Below, in pieces: positions 23,201-35,249 of a stretch of DNA of 64,000 nt. The notes below the pieces were generated by a model, which did not search any database, was not told the origin of the DNA, and saw nothing but the letters and a program-made list of their open reading frames with translations. Source of the stretch: Macrostomum hystrix. Its lineage: Eukaryota > Animalia > Platyhelminthes. The DNA lies in NCBI GenBank assembly GCA_950097015.1, contig CATNEN010000038.1, positions 32,364,001-32,428,000 on the forward strand, in the 5' to 3' direction. The position numbers and the translations under genes were made by a program. Position 1 is the stretch's first letter. Each line of letters opens with the position of its first letter.

Positions 23201-25282
23201 GGTCAGGACAGCCTTCACTGCGTCCATGATCAGTGCGACCGTCAGCAGTGTGGGCGAATCAGCTGCTTCATCGTTTGGCACAGGCGATGCTTTTCGCTGC
23301 TGCTTATCTATATTCTCTCGGTATTTAACATGACGACTAATCAGGTCCCAGCGCTTTTTGAGATCGCGGATCTGGGCATTGGATGAAAGGAGATAACTCG
23401 TGTATATTTTAAAAGACTAGAATTAAAGGTTTTAGAGGTTGTAGCCTAGTGGTTAGAGCGTCGGACTCACGACTTAAAGGTCGGGGGTTCGATTCCACAC
23501 TCCACTGAAACAATTTGTGTCCTTTAGCAAGACACTTTACTCTGCATTGCTTCAGTTCACACAGCTGTTAAATGGGTACCAGCATTAGCTGGGATAATTG
23601 AAGGTGATTGTGGCGTCCCCCCAGTCCGTGGACTGAACAGCTGTACGCAGCCTTCAGATGCGCCGCGCAATAGCTGCAGCTGTGCTGTCGGCTGCACATC
23701 TGACCCAATTGGGGCAGGTGTAATCAATTATTATCATTATTTTTTGTTAGAATTAAAGCTATCTAGAATCCTAGTGAAGTTAATAGGTTAAAAGGTCTCA
23801 CTAGGAAGAATACTAGAAACAAAAAATACAAAAAATAAAATTAGAAACGCAATCGAAATCTTATGAGCTACCGGCCATTTGTGTTTCACAGGTCGCTATA
23901 AAAAAAGATTTTTTCGAAAAACTAAATTAGTCATTTTTTCTAGTGTCGTCTAGCGGTAATTAAATACTTTCATATTTTGGCTCTAAATAATATATTTTGG
24001 AGCTAATGGACGCTGCTATTTAGGTCTGGGTCTATGCCTGCCCTGGTGACGCAATAGCTATTATCGATTTTCGCCTGTCCGATTTCTCGCCAAACCCGCT
24101 CCTGTCCGGTCTAACACACTCCCGAACTTTTTTGTCGATCGCTATGAGTATGGACCCCGCAGCTTTCAACGCCCATCGGGTTTTCAACGCTTTTTTTGCA
24201 CTCCTCAATCTCGTCCTAGTGCTTGTTTTACAAGGCTTGCTGTTTAATCCATGAACTGGGGCGAGTCGTGACGCCATCGACCTTCGGGAATCGAACCTCC
24301 GACCTTTCAACTCTCGAGTCCGACGCTCTAGACCAGTTAGCTACAGCGCTGTTTAAACTTGAACAAGTGCACTACTAGCAGTAGTTTTCAATAAATCTTG
24401 AAATGCACTACTGACAGTAGTCTGCAATGAATAATCGATTTTGTTGATTACCTCCCGCCTGGCCAGGCCCAGCAGTTGCAGGCCGGTGACGGCCACGCCG
24501 CTGTGCAGCAGTCCGCGGGTGTCCAGCAGGCCAGCCGAGCCGTCAGCCAGCAGGTAGTGAAACTCTCGCCTATTCAACCCGGCTCCGCTGAGCTCCGCAA
24601 TCAGCTGCCGAGTGGCCAGCTCTGCCGGCTCCAGGTCGACAATCGCCCGCCGGCGTCGCTTGCCGTCAAGCTGGTCGATATCAAGAGCTCCGCATACCAG
24701 GCCCAGCTCGGTCAGATCGCCTGACAGGTAGACAGTCGCGAGTTCGAGTCCCGCCTGAGCGGCAATCGCCGAAGCCTTGGCGGCCCTGTCCAACCCGGCC
24801 GGACTATTGACCAGGTAGATGGCCTGTCGCCAGCCGTACGCCAGCGCGATGTCTATGGCAGCCCTCGGTGCGAATCGCGGCCTGATTTCGAACACCAATC
24901 CGCTCCGACTGTCGCGCCGCTCAGAAACAGTAGCCGTTGCCATGACAACTGGCATATTCAGATTGGCCGCCAGATCTTGAACACCGGCTCCGCTGCCGAC
25001 GATGACTAGGCCGGCTACTTGCTGAAAGTCCCGCCGAATCGCCCATTCGACCGCCAACGGATTCGACATGTCGGCGGCTGCCATCTGCCAGCTGACGCCT
25101 CCGCCTCTGGCGGGTGTCGCCCGCCGCATGGCCAGGTGAAAGGCGGCGCGCAGCTGACGGTTCCGACTGTCCAGTAGGGCGCCGACGTTTATCTGCTTTG
25201 CCGACTTGTCGGCTGCTGCTGAAGTCGCAGCTAGAAGTGCAGCGAAGGCAGAAGCGCACACCAGCAGTTGAAGTCGCGGCAT
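20246..25282 (-). CDS. Ionotropic glutamate receptor subunit (AMPA/kainate-like), ~985 aa
   Basis: Exons 25282-24452, 23371-22367, 22284-21772, 21182-20913, 20584-20246, all phase 0 GT-AG. Signal peptide, ATD, S1 ([29 protein letters not shown]), M2 (NSLWF..NQG..PRS), M3, S2 ([18 protein letters not shown]) and M4 (NVAGVFYIL). Confidence 0.93.
21398..21724 (-). mobile_element. SINE family B copy in iGluR intron
   Basis: Colinear with 59617-60035; 5' end slightly truncated. Confidence 0.85.
23435..23741 (+). mobile_element. SINE family A copy (well preserved)
   Basis: tagcctagtggttaga A-box, ggttcgattcc B-box, CORE-like centre, att tail. Confidence 0.9.
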
Positions 25283-25581
25283 GGCTTGTTGTTGTTCCGC
25301 TTTCGTCAAGTTTTCCTACTCCTTTTTTTCTCGGCTTTCCTCGTGAAACCTTTTCTGATGTGAAAGCTTTTAGGCCGCGCTTTTCTGCAGCGGAAGAAAA
25401 AACCGCCTCGGGCCTTCTCATTGGTCGGAGGGTGAAGCAAATTCAAACTTTTCTACTGACTGCTTTTAGACACTGATTTAGAGAAACCCGATTGAGTAAT
25501 TTAATATAGAACAGCAATATTAGTTATTCGAATCTTAGCCCAGACAAAAAAGTTTTGTCCTAGGCTAAAGAGGTTGTAATG

Positions 25582-25875
25582 GGGTCGTTTCACAAACCCT
25601 AATTTTCACAACGTCGAAAAGCCATGCACAGAAACTTCACAAGCCCTGTAAAAGTTTCTGTGCATGGCTTTTCGACGTTGTGAAATTTAGGGCTTGTGAA
25701 ATTTAGAGCTTATGAAATTTTGTGCATGCCTTTTAGGCGTTGTGAAATTTAGGTGTTGTGAAATCTGTGGCATTGCTTATTTTCGACGTTGTGAAATTTA
25801 GGGTTTGTGAAATTTAGGGCTTATGAAAGGATCTGGTTTAGACGTTGTGAAAATTAGGGTTTGTGAAAGCGACCC
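25582..25875. mobile_element. MITE with ~35-bp TIRs and internal foldback (probably Mutator-type), inserted in the head of a SINE A copy
   Basis: TIR gggtcg(c)tttcacaaaccctaattttcacaacgtc at both ends. Flanking duplication gttgtaat(g/c) at 25573 and 25876. Internal tgtgaaatttaggg repeats. Confidence 0.75.
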
Positions 25876-26130
25876 GTTGTAATCTTGTGTCGTTAGACTT
25901 GAAGGTCAGGGGTTCGATTCCCAAATCCACTTATCTCTGCATTGCTTCAGTTCACCTTGTTGTTAAATTGGTACCAGAATTAGCTGGGCTAATTGAGGGT
26001 GGTGTGGCGTCACCCACAGTCCACGGACTGAACAGCCGTGCGCAGCCTTCAGATGCGCCGCGCAATAGCTGCGGCTGTGCTGCCGGCTGCAAATTGTGGC
26101 ATTGAGCTCAATTGAGGCAGGTGTAACCAA
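25876..26130 (+). mobile_element. SINE family A copy (3' part; head split by the MITE)
   Basis: Continues gaggttgtaat from ~25570; B-box and CORE-like segment present. Confidence 0.8.
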
Positions 26131-27049
26131 TCGAAAATAAACTTTGTATCCTTAATTGAAAACAATTCGATCCCCCTTTCATTCAGCTCACATCTGCAGC
26201 TGGGACAGAAATTCGGGTGGGTGGTGTGGTTGCTCCCCAGTCCATGGACTGAACAGCATAGATGTACATTGGATATGTAGAATGATGAAGTGAAATCTGG
26301 GCCTGACTACTCTCTACCCTCTGGGTCGCACATCAAATCAATTTCAGCCAAATTATCCAATGATCCATTAAGCTGTAACTGGCCCTCACATCTAATAGAA
26401 TGTGAACTGCGGCTGCTCAAAAGGGAAATAAATTAATGATAGCCGCAGCTGCAGTTGCAGATCTCTCTTTATGGACCTTGGCAGCAGCAAAATTACTCAG
26501 AGATCACATAATTTAGATAGACGTTAATGGCTAGATAACTAACAAACTAAAGACGCTGCGCTGGCGCGAACACAGTACTGTATGCTGTGCCACTAAATAC
26601 CAAGCTGGACAAGTCCCAGGCGAATTTACGCCCCACCCCCCGCCGGCACAGGCATCGTGCTCGTGAGTAGATCGAACTTACATTAGCCGGGGCGTGATTA
26701 GAAAGTCTTACTCACCCTGACAGCCTGGCGGAATCTGATTACCTCGCAATTCGGCCACTCGCCCTTGCATGTCCCCCAGCGCTCTCTCTCAACTCTCACC
26801 GCAGCCACTCTCTCAGCAGCTCCTCAATGTTAAACAAGCTGATCACAGCAGTCCATATAAACAAACTAAACTTGCGTGTTGTCCTGAGCACTGCCACAGC
26901 GGCCCATCCACTATTCCCAGATTGACGATCGATCGATAACACCAACTGTGACTGTGATTGATTAGCTTGCCAACACAGATAAATAGGTGTGTGTGTGCGG
27001 CTACATATCTCCTTCAGGTCTCCTCAACTGCACGACTCATTGATAAATA

Positions 27050-27745
27050 TTATGCTCTCTCATATATCTCTCATACCTCTCTCATATCTACACTCTTCAT
27101 TTACCATCTCTCTACTTTACAATTGACTCAACTCCCTTCACTCTCTACTCTCTACTCCAATTTCACCCCCATCTATTCCCATCATTCTCTACTCCCTTCA
27201 CTCCCCTCTCTATTCCCATCACTCTCCACTCTATTCCCTTCACTCTCTCCCCTCTATTCCCTTCACTCTCTCCCTCTATTCCCTTCACTCTCTCCCCTGT
27301 ATTCCCTTCACTCCCCTCTATTCCCTTCACCCTCTCCCCTCTATTCCCTTCACTCTCTCCCCTTTATTCCCTTCACTCTCCCCTCTATTCCCTTCACTCT
27401 CTCTCTCCTCTATTCCCTTCACTCTCTCCCCTCTATTCCCTTCACTCTCTCCCCTTTATTCCCTTCACTCCCCTCTATTCCCTTCACTTTCTCTCCTCTA
27501 TTCCCTTCACTTTCTCCCCTCTATTCACTTTACTCTCCCCTCGATTCCCTTCACTCTCCCCTCTATTTCCTTCACTCTCTCCCCTTTATTCCCTTCACTC
27601 TCCCCTCTATTCCCTTTACTCTCTCTCTCTATTCCCATCACTCTCTCCCCTCTATTCCCTTCACTCTCTCCCCTTTATTCCCTTCACTCTCTCCCCTCTA
27701 TTCCCTTCACTCTCTCCCCTCTATTCCCCTCACTCTCCCCTCTCA
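27050..27745. repeat. CT-rich minisatellite (ctctcccctctattcccttca variants)
   Basis: Pyrimidine-rich tandem array; ORF 26958..27830 is a translation artefact of it. Confidence 0.9.
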
Positions 27746-28994
27746 CTCGATCTTTGAAACAACAAATCTGTGGAAATACACTTGGTACATTTGTGAAAAA
27801 ACATGCGGTCAAGTCCCAAGAGCCCGGTGAGTGTTAATCGAAACGTGCATAAGTGATGAGGTGTCAGGTATTCAGTGTCTGTTAGCAGCCATCGACCGTG
27901 ATCGGATTTCGCAATATTCTTCGAGTGCAGTGACAATATTACACAGTTTAGATGAGTGTGGTGTTTCTTAACAGTATAGATAAACTACGGGGCTATTTCA
28001 AGTAGCCATATTTTTTTCTGTCTCTCGTCCTAATCGACGATGCTGAAAGGAACAGCTTTGAAAGTATCGTAAAGGGCGGATCCATATGGTGGACTTTCGC
28101 AAAAATCGGTCATTCGATTCTGGATTTAGCATTTAGAACTAGAAATAAGCCCCGATATGTTTTTATTATTTTCTCATCAACTGAGACGAAAGAATGTCAG
28201 ACGGAAACAATTGTAAACTCTTTTTCGAGACCCGAGAACTGAGAATCACAGAAAATAATGCTCCGCTTGGACAACAACTGGATGTCGTTAAACGACAATG
28301 AAATTAGTTGTAGTTTATTTCTTAGCACGAATAAATAAAATATAAATAGGCAAAAAACTGCCAGTAGCACAGCCGCAGCTATTGGTACTGTAGACAGTCT
28401 ATTGAAGGCCGACAGATACGCTCAAACATGAATTTTTCAACTTGGGCTGAGATTCGAACTCCGGACCTCTCGTTGTAGCTACCCTGCAGCACGAAAAAGT
28501 AAATCTTATATACTAGGAAAGCAAGACAGCTGAACAGTGCACAAGATCTAGCCAAAAATAAGGTTAAAAGCGACAGACTAAACTAGCTGTTTGCACTACT
28601 GTTAGTAGTGCAGCATATTCACAGTAGACTAAAGTGACACAAAGCGTGCACTCACTATATTGACTAACTATATCACCCGTTTACAAATACAACAATCAAA
28701 TAACAATAGCTTCATTTCAAAAGCTATTGTTATAGAAAAAAAGAACAAAAAATAGATGCAACAATCCCATATTCAGGAGAGTAAAAAAGGAATTTAACTT
28801 CTCAACTCATCAGACATTAGCTCTGTACATAAAATGACAAAAAGAGGTAAGCTAAGAAATAAAAAAGTCATGAAAACAGATGAAAAATAGCAGCCATTTT
28901 AGTGGAAAGGTGACTATGCTTCGAGTGCTTAGACATGACAAGTGTACTTTAAACAGGTATTGTTTATCAACCACTTGTTGACTTTAGGAATAAT

Positions 28995-29287
28995 TTAATC
29001 TATGACTTCAGGAAGCCTTCAATTATCCCTAACTCATGACTTCAGAAAGGTTTTAATTATCCCCAACCCATGACATCAGGAAGCCTTCAATGATCCCTAA
29101 ACCAATGACTTCAGGAAGGCTTCAATGATCCGTAACCCATGACTTCAGGAAGGCTTCAATGATCCCTAAACCAATGACTTCAGGAAGGCTTCAATGATCC
29201 CTAAACCAATGACTTCAGGAAGGCTTCAATGATCCGTAACCCATGACTTCAGGAAGGCGTCAATGATCCCTAACCCATGACTTCAGG
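28995..29287. repeat. ~34-bp minisatellite (atgacttcaggaaggcttcaatgatccctaa..) downstream of the TM exon
   Basis: Direct tandem copies. Confidence 0.9.
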
Positions 29288-29314
29288 GTGAAAATGGATT
29301 GCGCCAGGCAGTTG

Positions 29315-29573
29315 TCACATGTAAAATTCTTCCTTCAAATCCGGTTGTCCAGCCGAAGCGCCGTAACGCACGGCAGTGTCCGGATTATCAGTCAGCTCGG
29401 CTCCTTTAGCCTCGTTGGTGTCGTAGTCGCCAGAGTGGGCCGGCCGCCTGCGATAATAACAATAGAGAGTAACTCCCAGGGTGAGCAGCACCAGGGCGAG
29501 GACGCCGCCAACGACACCGCCGATAACCTGATCCTGAGCAGCTGAAGCAGCCAGGGCTGGACGATTTTCTTTG
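29315..29573 (-). CDS. Terminal exon encoding a TM helix, band-4.1-binding motif and class II PDZ ligand (glycophorin C / Neurexin IV-Caspr / SynCAM-type tail); start not found
   Basis: Hand translation: ..AASAAQDQVIGGVVGGVLALVLLTLGVTLYCYYRRRPAHSGDYDTNEAKGAELTDNPDTAVRYGASAGQPDLKEEFYM*. Compare glycophorin C RHKGTYHTNEAKG..EYFI. Absent from the ORF track. Confidence 0.8.
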
Positions 29574-30071
29574 CTGAATCAATTTATTATAATCAGAGCC
29601 AATCCGATTGCTTCTTAGATATAGTGTCCTTGCAGCCTACCTCCAGCAATGCGACTGTTAAGCTCTGAAATAATACAGGTTTGCAACTGTGATTACATTG
29701 GGATTCGACAGAGGCTGACATTTCTGGGATTTGACAGTGGCTGACATTTCTGGGATTTGACATTGACAATTGCTGACATTTCTGGGATTTGACAGTGGCT
29801 GACATATCTGGGGATTTTAAAGGAAAGATTTAAAACATTTTTTGTTTTAATGCTATTTTGAGGTGTTTTTGTTATATAGTACTACTTAGTAGTGAACATG
29901 AGAATGAGTTGATATTTTTATCGGAATCACAAAAACTATTACCTAATATAAAATCAAATCCATATTCTACAGTTGCACTAAACACGTTCTTAAGAAAAAT
30001 CATAAAAGTCAAGCGATATGGATCATACGGAACTAATTCAGGGATTGCTAACACATTTTATCAGACGAATT

Positions 30072-32857
30072 TTATTCCGGCTTTTTGTCTCTTGTTTTCA
30101 TGTCGTCATTTTCTGTGTGGCTCCAATTTGGATGCCGCTTTTCCAAGAAAGCGGCAATTCCCTCCTGCGAGTCGGGCAATTTTAAATTCTCCAGCATAGC
30201 GGCCTCGCAAATCTGATAGGCTTGGTCTCTGGGCAGTTTAACTTGCTGATAGTAAGTGCGCTTGCCCAGAGCCACAACCGGCCGACTGTGACGCGTCACC
30301 ATGGCAACCAGAGCCTCGGTTGTTGACTCTAACTCGGCGTCGGGTGTCACGTGACTAACTAGGCCGCAAGCGAAAGCTTCGTCTGCCGTGATTGGTTCGC
30401 CAGTAAGCAGCATTCGCATGGCCATCTTGCCTAAAGTTTAACAGAAATTATGATTCTTTTATGTCAAGAGAATATCTTGGAGTAAATAGAGCTTAACTGT
30501 CAGAACTAACCAATTCTTTCTGCAATGGTAAAAACTGCTTCAACTAAAGACATTTAAGATGTGATATTTATTTGACTCAAACTTAGATCATTCAGTAAGC
30601 CATCAAAAAGTATTCGATTTCTTTCAGATTATCGGTGATCACTCCCAGATCCTTCAGGGAACCATTTTCAGATCCTTCAGAGAACCATTTCCAGATCCTT
30701 CAGGGAACCATTTCCAGAGCCTCCAGGGAACCACTCCCAGATCCTTCAGGGAACCATTTCCAGATCCTTCAGGGAACCACTCCCAGATCCTTCAGGGAAC
30801 CACTCCCAGATCCTTCAGGGAACCACTGAAGTGGGGTCATGAGGAGTGGTCAATTTAATTGAGTCAAACAGATAACAAGCCAGGTTTTACCATGCACAGC
30901 TCGGGCCAGAGCCACGGCAGGTGTGGAGCAGAACAGGCCGATCTTAACGCCAGGCGTGGCGAATTTGGCACTCTTGGCTGCCACAGCCAAGTCGCAGGAG
31001 GCCACGAGCTGGCAGCCGGCTGCTGTGGCCAGACCTGACACCTGTGGGATCCGGAGAGAATGCAGTGGAATAAGATTCCCTTCTTTTGCTCCTTTCTATT
31101 TGGGTTGCCGCTTTTTATCAAACATGGCTATTTTGAACGGGATTCATATTTTAGAATCCCAGATGCGATTATCATATACTAGATGCCATTTCCGAATCCC
31201 AGATGCCATTTTGAAATCCTGGATGTCATTTTGAAATCCTGGATGTCATTTTGAAATCCTGGATGTCATTTTGAAATCCTGGATGTCATTTTGAAATCCT
31301 GGAAGCCATTTTGAAATCCTGGATGCCGTTTTAAAATCCTGTATGCTTATTTTGAAATCCTGGATGCTTATTTTGAAATCCTGGATGCCATCCTAAACTC
31401 CTGGATGTCATTTTGAAATCCCAGATGCCGTCTCAGAATCCCAGGTGCCATTTCCGAATCCCGGATGCAATTTCCGAATCCCAGATGCCATTTTAGAATC
31501 CCAGATGCCATCTCAGAATTCCAGATGCCATTTCCGAATCCGGGATGCCATTTCCGAATCCTAGATGCCATTTCAGAATCCCGCATGTCATTTCCGAATC
31601 CCAGATGCCATCTCAGAATTCCAGATGCCATTTCCGAATCCGGATGCCATTTCCGAATCCCGTTGCCATTTCAGAATCCCAGATGCCATATTGAAATCCT
31701 GGAAGCCATTTGGATATCTAAGATGCCATTTTGAAATCCTGGAAGCCATTTTGAAATCCTTGGATGCCATTTTAAAATCGTGGATGCCATCTCAGAATCC
31801 CAGATGCCATTTCCGAATCCGGGATGCCATTTCCGAATCCTAGATGCCATTTCCGAATCCGGGATGCCATTTCCGAATCCTAGATGCCATTTCAGAATCC
31901 CGCATGTCATTTCCGAATCCCAGATGCCATCTCAGAATTCCAGATGCCATATTGAAATCCTGGAAGCCATTTGGATATCTAAGATGCCATTTTGAAATCC
32001 TGGAAGCCATTTTGAAATCCTTGGATGCCATTTTAAAATCGTGGATGCCATTTTGAAATCGTGGATGCCATCTCAGAATCCCAGATGCCATTTCCGAATC
32101 CCGGATGCCATCTCAGAATCCCAGATGCCATTTCCGAATCCCAGATGCCATTTTAGAATCCCTGATGCCATATTGAAATCCTAGAAGCCATTTGGATATC
32201 CTAGATGCCGTTTTGAAATCCAGGATGCCATTTAAAAGATTCTAGCTGTCATCTTTTTATTTAAGAGGCAATTTTAAAAAACCTACAGGAATCCTTTTTT
32301 ATTTTAGACTTTTTTACTTTCTATGTCGAGCTAAAAGAATCTGTATTCTTATCAAAAATATTTATTCTTCTAAAAAACGGAATGTTAGTTTTTTCTATAT
32401 ATGAATTAGAGTTTTCAGCTTTTATCAACTGAAACCAACTCACCTGAGCAATCACAGGTAGTGGAAGGCTGTGCAATCTTAGCATTAACCGGGAACACTG
32501 CGACATGACGTCCTTTCTCAGGCTCTCAACGTAGCTGCCGCCGCCGCCGCTTCCAAGTTCGCGCAGATTGTGTCCGGAGCTGAACACCGGTCCCTCGCTT
32601 TTGAGTAGCACTGCTCTAACTGACTGATTGTCGGCGTGTCTGTTTAATTCAGCCTCCAATAGGCGCAGGGTCTCCAGAGATAACGAATTTCTCTGCTTAG
32701 GATTGGACAGTGTCACAATGGCCACAGAATGGCGAACTTCGCTAACTACTGGCGGGCCAGGGGACTTGATTGACAACCGGAGGCGTGGCAGGATGACTAC
32801 ACGATAGCCGGCTGCGAGGCGCAGCAACTGCCGGTTAAGGGCTCCGATTGGGCACTG
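30072..32857 (-). CDS. ECHDC3: Enoyl-CoA hydratase domain-containing protein 3, mitochondrial (no in-frame ATG at the 5' end)
   Basis: Exons 32857-32444, 31041-30891, 30430-30072 give 307 codons. Motifs [69 protein letters not shown]. Arg-rich, acid-free N-terminus resembles a transit peptide. Confidence 0.93.
30640..30826. repeat. 23-bp minisatellite (ccagatccttcagggaaccactc)n in ECHDC3 intron
   Basis: Period 23 measured. Confidence 0.9.
31130..32240. repeat. ~20-bp minisatellite (gatgccattttgaaatcctg variants) in ECHDC3 intron
   Basis: Dozens of tandem copies with higher-order blocks. Confidence 0.95.
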
Positions 32858-33029
32858 CTGAAGTTAACCAGGTGTGCGAAAACCGATTATCAGGAAACTC
32901 AAAAAAAATCCCAAAAATAATACCTTAAGGTATAAGTCTTGGGTCCAAGTATTTCGAGTCGAGTTTTCTAATGAGATCGGAGAACTAAGTTTACGAATTT
33001 TCTAACCTAGAATCCCAATTTTCTAACCC

Positions 33030-34957
33030 AGATTAGAGATCTAAGATCCTAATGTTTCTAACTTAGAATCCCAAACAGATTAGAGATCTAAGATCCTAAT
33101 GTTTCTAACTTAGAATCCCCAACAGATTAGAGATCTATGATCCTAATGTTTCTAACTTAGAATCCCCAACAGATTAGAGATCTATGATCCTAATGTTTCT
33201 AACTTAGAATCCCCAACAGATTAGAGATCTATGATCCTAATGTTTCTAACTTAGAATCCCAAACAGATTAGAGATCTATGATCCTAATGTTTCTAACTTA
33301 GAATCCCCAACAGATTAGAGATCTATGATCCTAATGTTTCTAACTTAGAATCCCAAACAGATTAGTGATCTAAGATCCTAATGTTTCTAACTTAGAATCC
33401 CCAACAGATTAGAGATCTATGATCCTAATGTTTCTAACTTAGAATCCCAAACAGATTAGAGATCTAAGATCCTAATGTTTCTAACTTAGAATCCCCAACA
33501 GATTAGAGATCTATGATCCTAATGTTTCTAACTTAGAATCCCAAAGAGATTAGAGATCTAAGATCCTAATGTTTCTAACTTAGAATCCCCAACAGATTAG
33601 AGATCTATGATCCTAATGTTTCTAACTTAGAATCCCAAAGAGATTAGAGATCTATGATCCTAATGTTTCTAACTTAGAATCCCCAACAGATTAGAGATCT
33701 TTGATCATAATGTTTCTAACTTAGAATCCCAAACAGATTAGAGATCTAAGATCCTAATGTTTCTAACTTAGAATCCCCAACAGATTAGAGATCTATGATC
33801 CTAATGTTTCTAACTTAGAATCCCAAAGAGATTAGAGATCTAAGATCCTAATGTTTCTAACTTAGAATCCCAAAGAGATTAGAGATCTTTGATCCTAATG
33901 TTTCTAACTTAGAATCCCCAACAGATTAGAGATCTATGATCCTAATGTTTCTAACTTAGAATCCCAAAGAGATTAGAGATCTAAGATCCTAATGTTTCTA
34001 ACTTAGAATCCCCAACAGATTAGAGATCTATGATCCTAATGTTTCTAACTTAGAATCCCAAAGAGATTAGAGATCTATGATCCTAATGTTTCTAACTTAG
34101 AATCCCCAACAGATTAGAGATCTATGATCCTAATGTTTCTAACTTAGAATCCCAAACAGATTAGAGATCTATGATCCTAATGTTTCTAACTTAGAATCCC
34201 CAACAGATTAGAGATCTTTGATCATAATGTTTCTAACTTAGAATCCCAAACAGATTAGAGATCTAAGATCCTAATGTTTCTAACTTAGAATCCCCAACAG
34301 ATTAGAGATCTATGATCCTAATGTTTCTAACTTAGAATCCCCAACAGATTAGAGATCTATGATCCTAATGTTTCTAACTTAGAATCCCAAAGAGATTAGA
34401 GATCTAAGATCCTAATGTTTCTAACTTAGAATCCCCAACAGATTAGAGATCTATGATCCTAATGTTTCTAACTTAGAATCCCAAACAGATTAGAGATCTA
34501 TGATCCTAATGTTTCTAACTTAGAATCCCCAACAGATTAGAGATCTTTGATCATAATGTTTCTAACTTAGAATCCCAAACAGATTAGAGATCTAAGATCC
34601 TAATGTTTCTAACTTAGAATCCCCAACAGATTAGAGATCTATGATCCTAATGTTTCTAACTTAGAATCCCAAAGAGATTAGAGATCTTTGATCCTAATGT
34701 TTCTAACTTAGAATCCCCAACAGATTAGAGATCTATGATCCTAATGTTTCTAACTTAGAATCCCCAACAGATTAGAGATCTATGATCCTAATGTTTCTAA
34801 CTTAGAATCCCCAACAGATTAGAGATCTTTGATCCTAATGTTTCTAACTTAGAATCCCCAACAGATTAGAGATCTAAGATCCTAATGTTTCTAACTTAGA
34901 ATCCCCAACAGATTAGAGATCTAAGATCCTAATGTTTCTAACTTAGAATCCCAAAGA
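33030..34957. repeat. Highly homogeneous 47-bp tandem array (~41 copies) between PFDN1 and ECHDC3
   Basis: Unit agattagagatctatgatcctaatgtttctaacttagaatccccaac; period 47; only a few variable sites and no spacers. Confidence 0.97.
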
Positions 34958-35249
34958 AAGTAGGGACCTGAGATCGTAACCATTTAATAATTTTTTTCGC
35001 AAAAAGAGTAAAAACAAGCAACAGTATAATTTTTAAAGCAGCAAACAGTAGAAAACATTAAAAGTAAATGTGTAGTTTGGAGCATTTTACTTTATTTGTC
35101 GAGACAGAGAGAGAGACAGCAAGCACACGTTAACATATTAGATAAGGAAAAACAGAGCTACTAGAATTGTTAAGCATAAATCGACATTAGGTAAGTGAAT
35201 TATAAAAAAACGGTTTTAAGTCAGCATTAACAACTAGCTCAAGTTGACC

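Noticed and set aside
23435-23510. tRNA genes
   Set aside because: A/B boxes run straight into SINE bodies; no complete cloverleaf or terminator.
18574-25476. Many antisense and overlapping ORFs across RNPC3 and the iGluR
   Set aside because: Shadow ORFs of GC-rich exons with no recognisable domains.
26958-27830. 290-aa Ser/Pro/Leu-rich ORF
   Set aside because: Stop-free only because of the CT-rich repeat.
33030-34957. CRISPR-like array
   Set aside because: Head-to-tail units without unique spacers, no cas genes, eukaryotic context.
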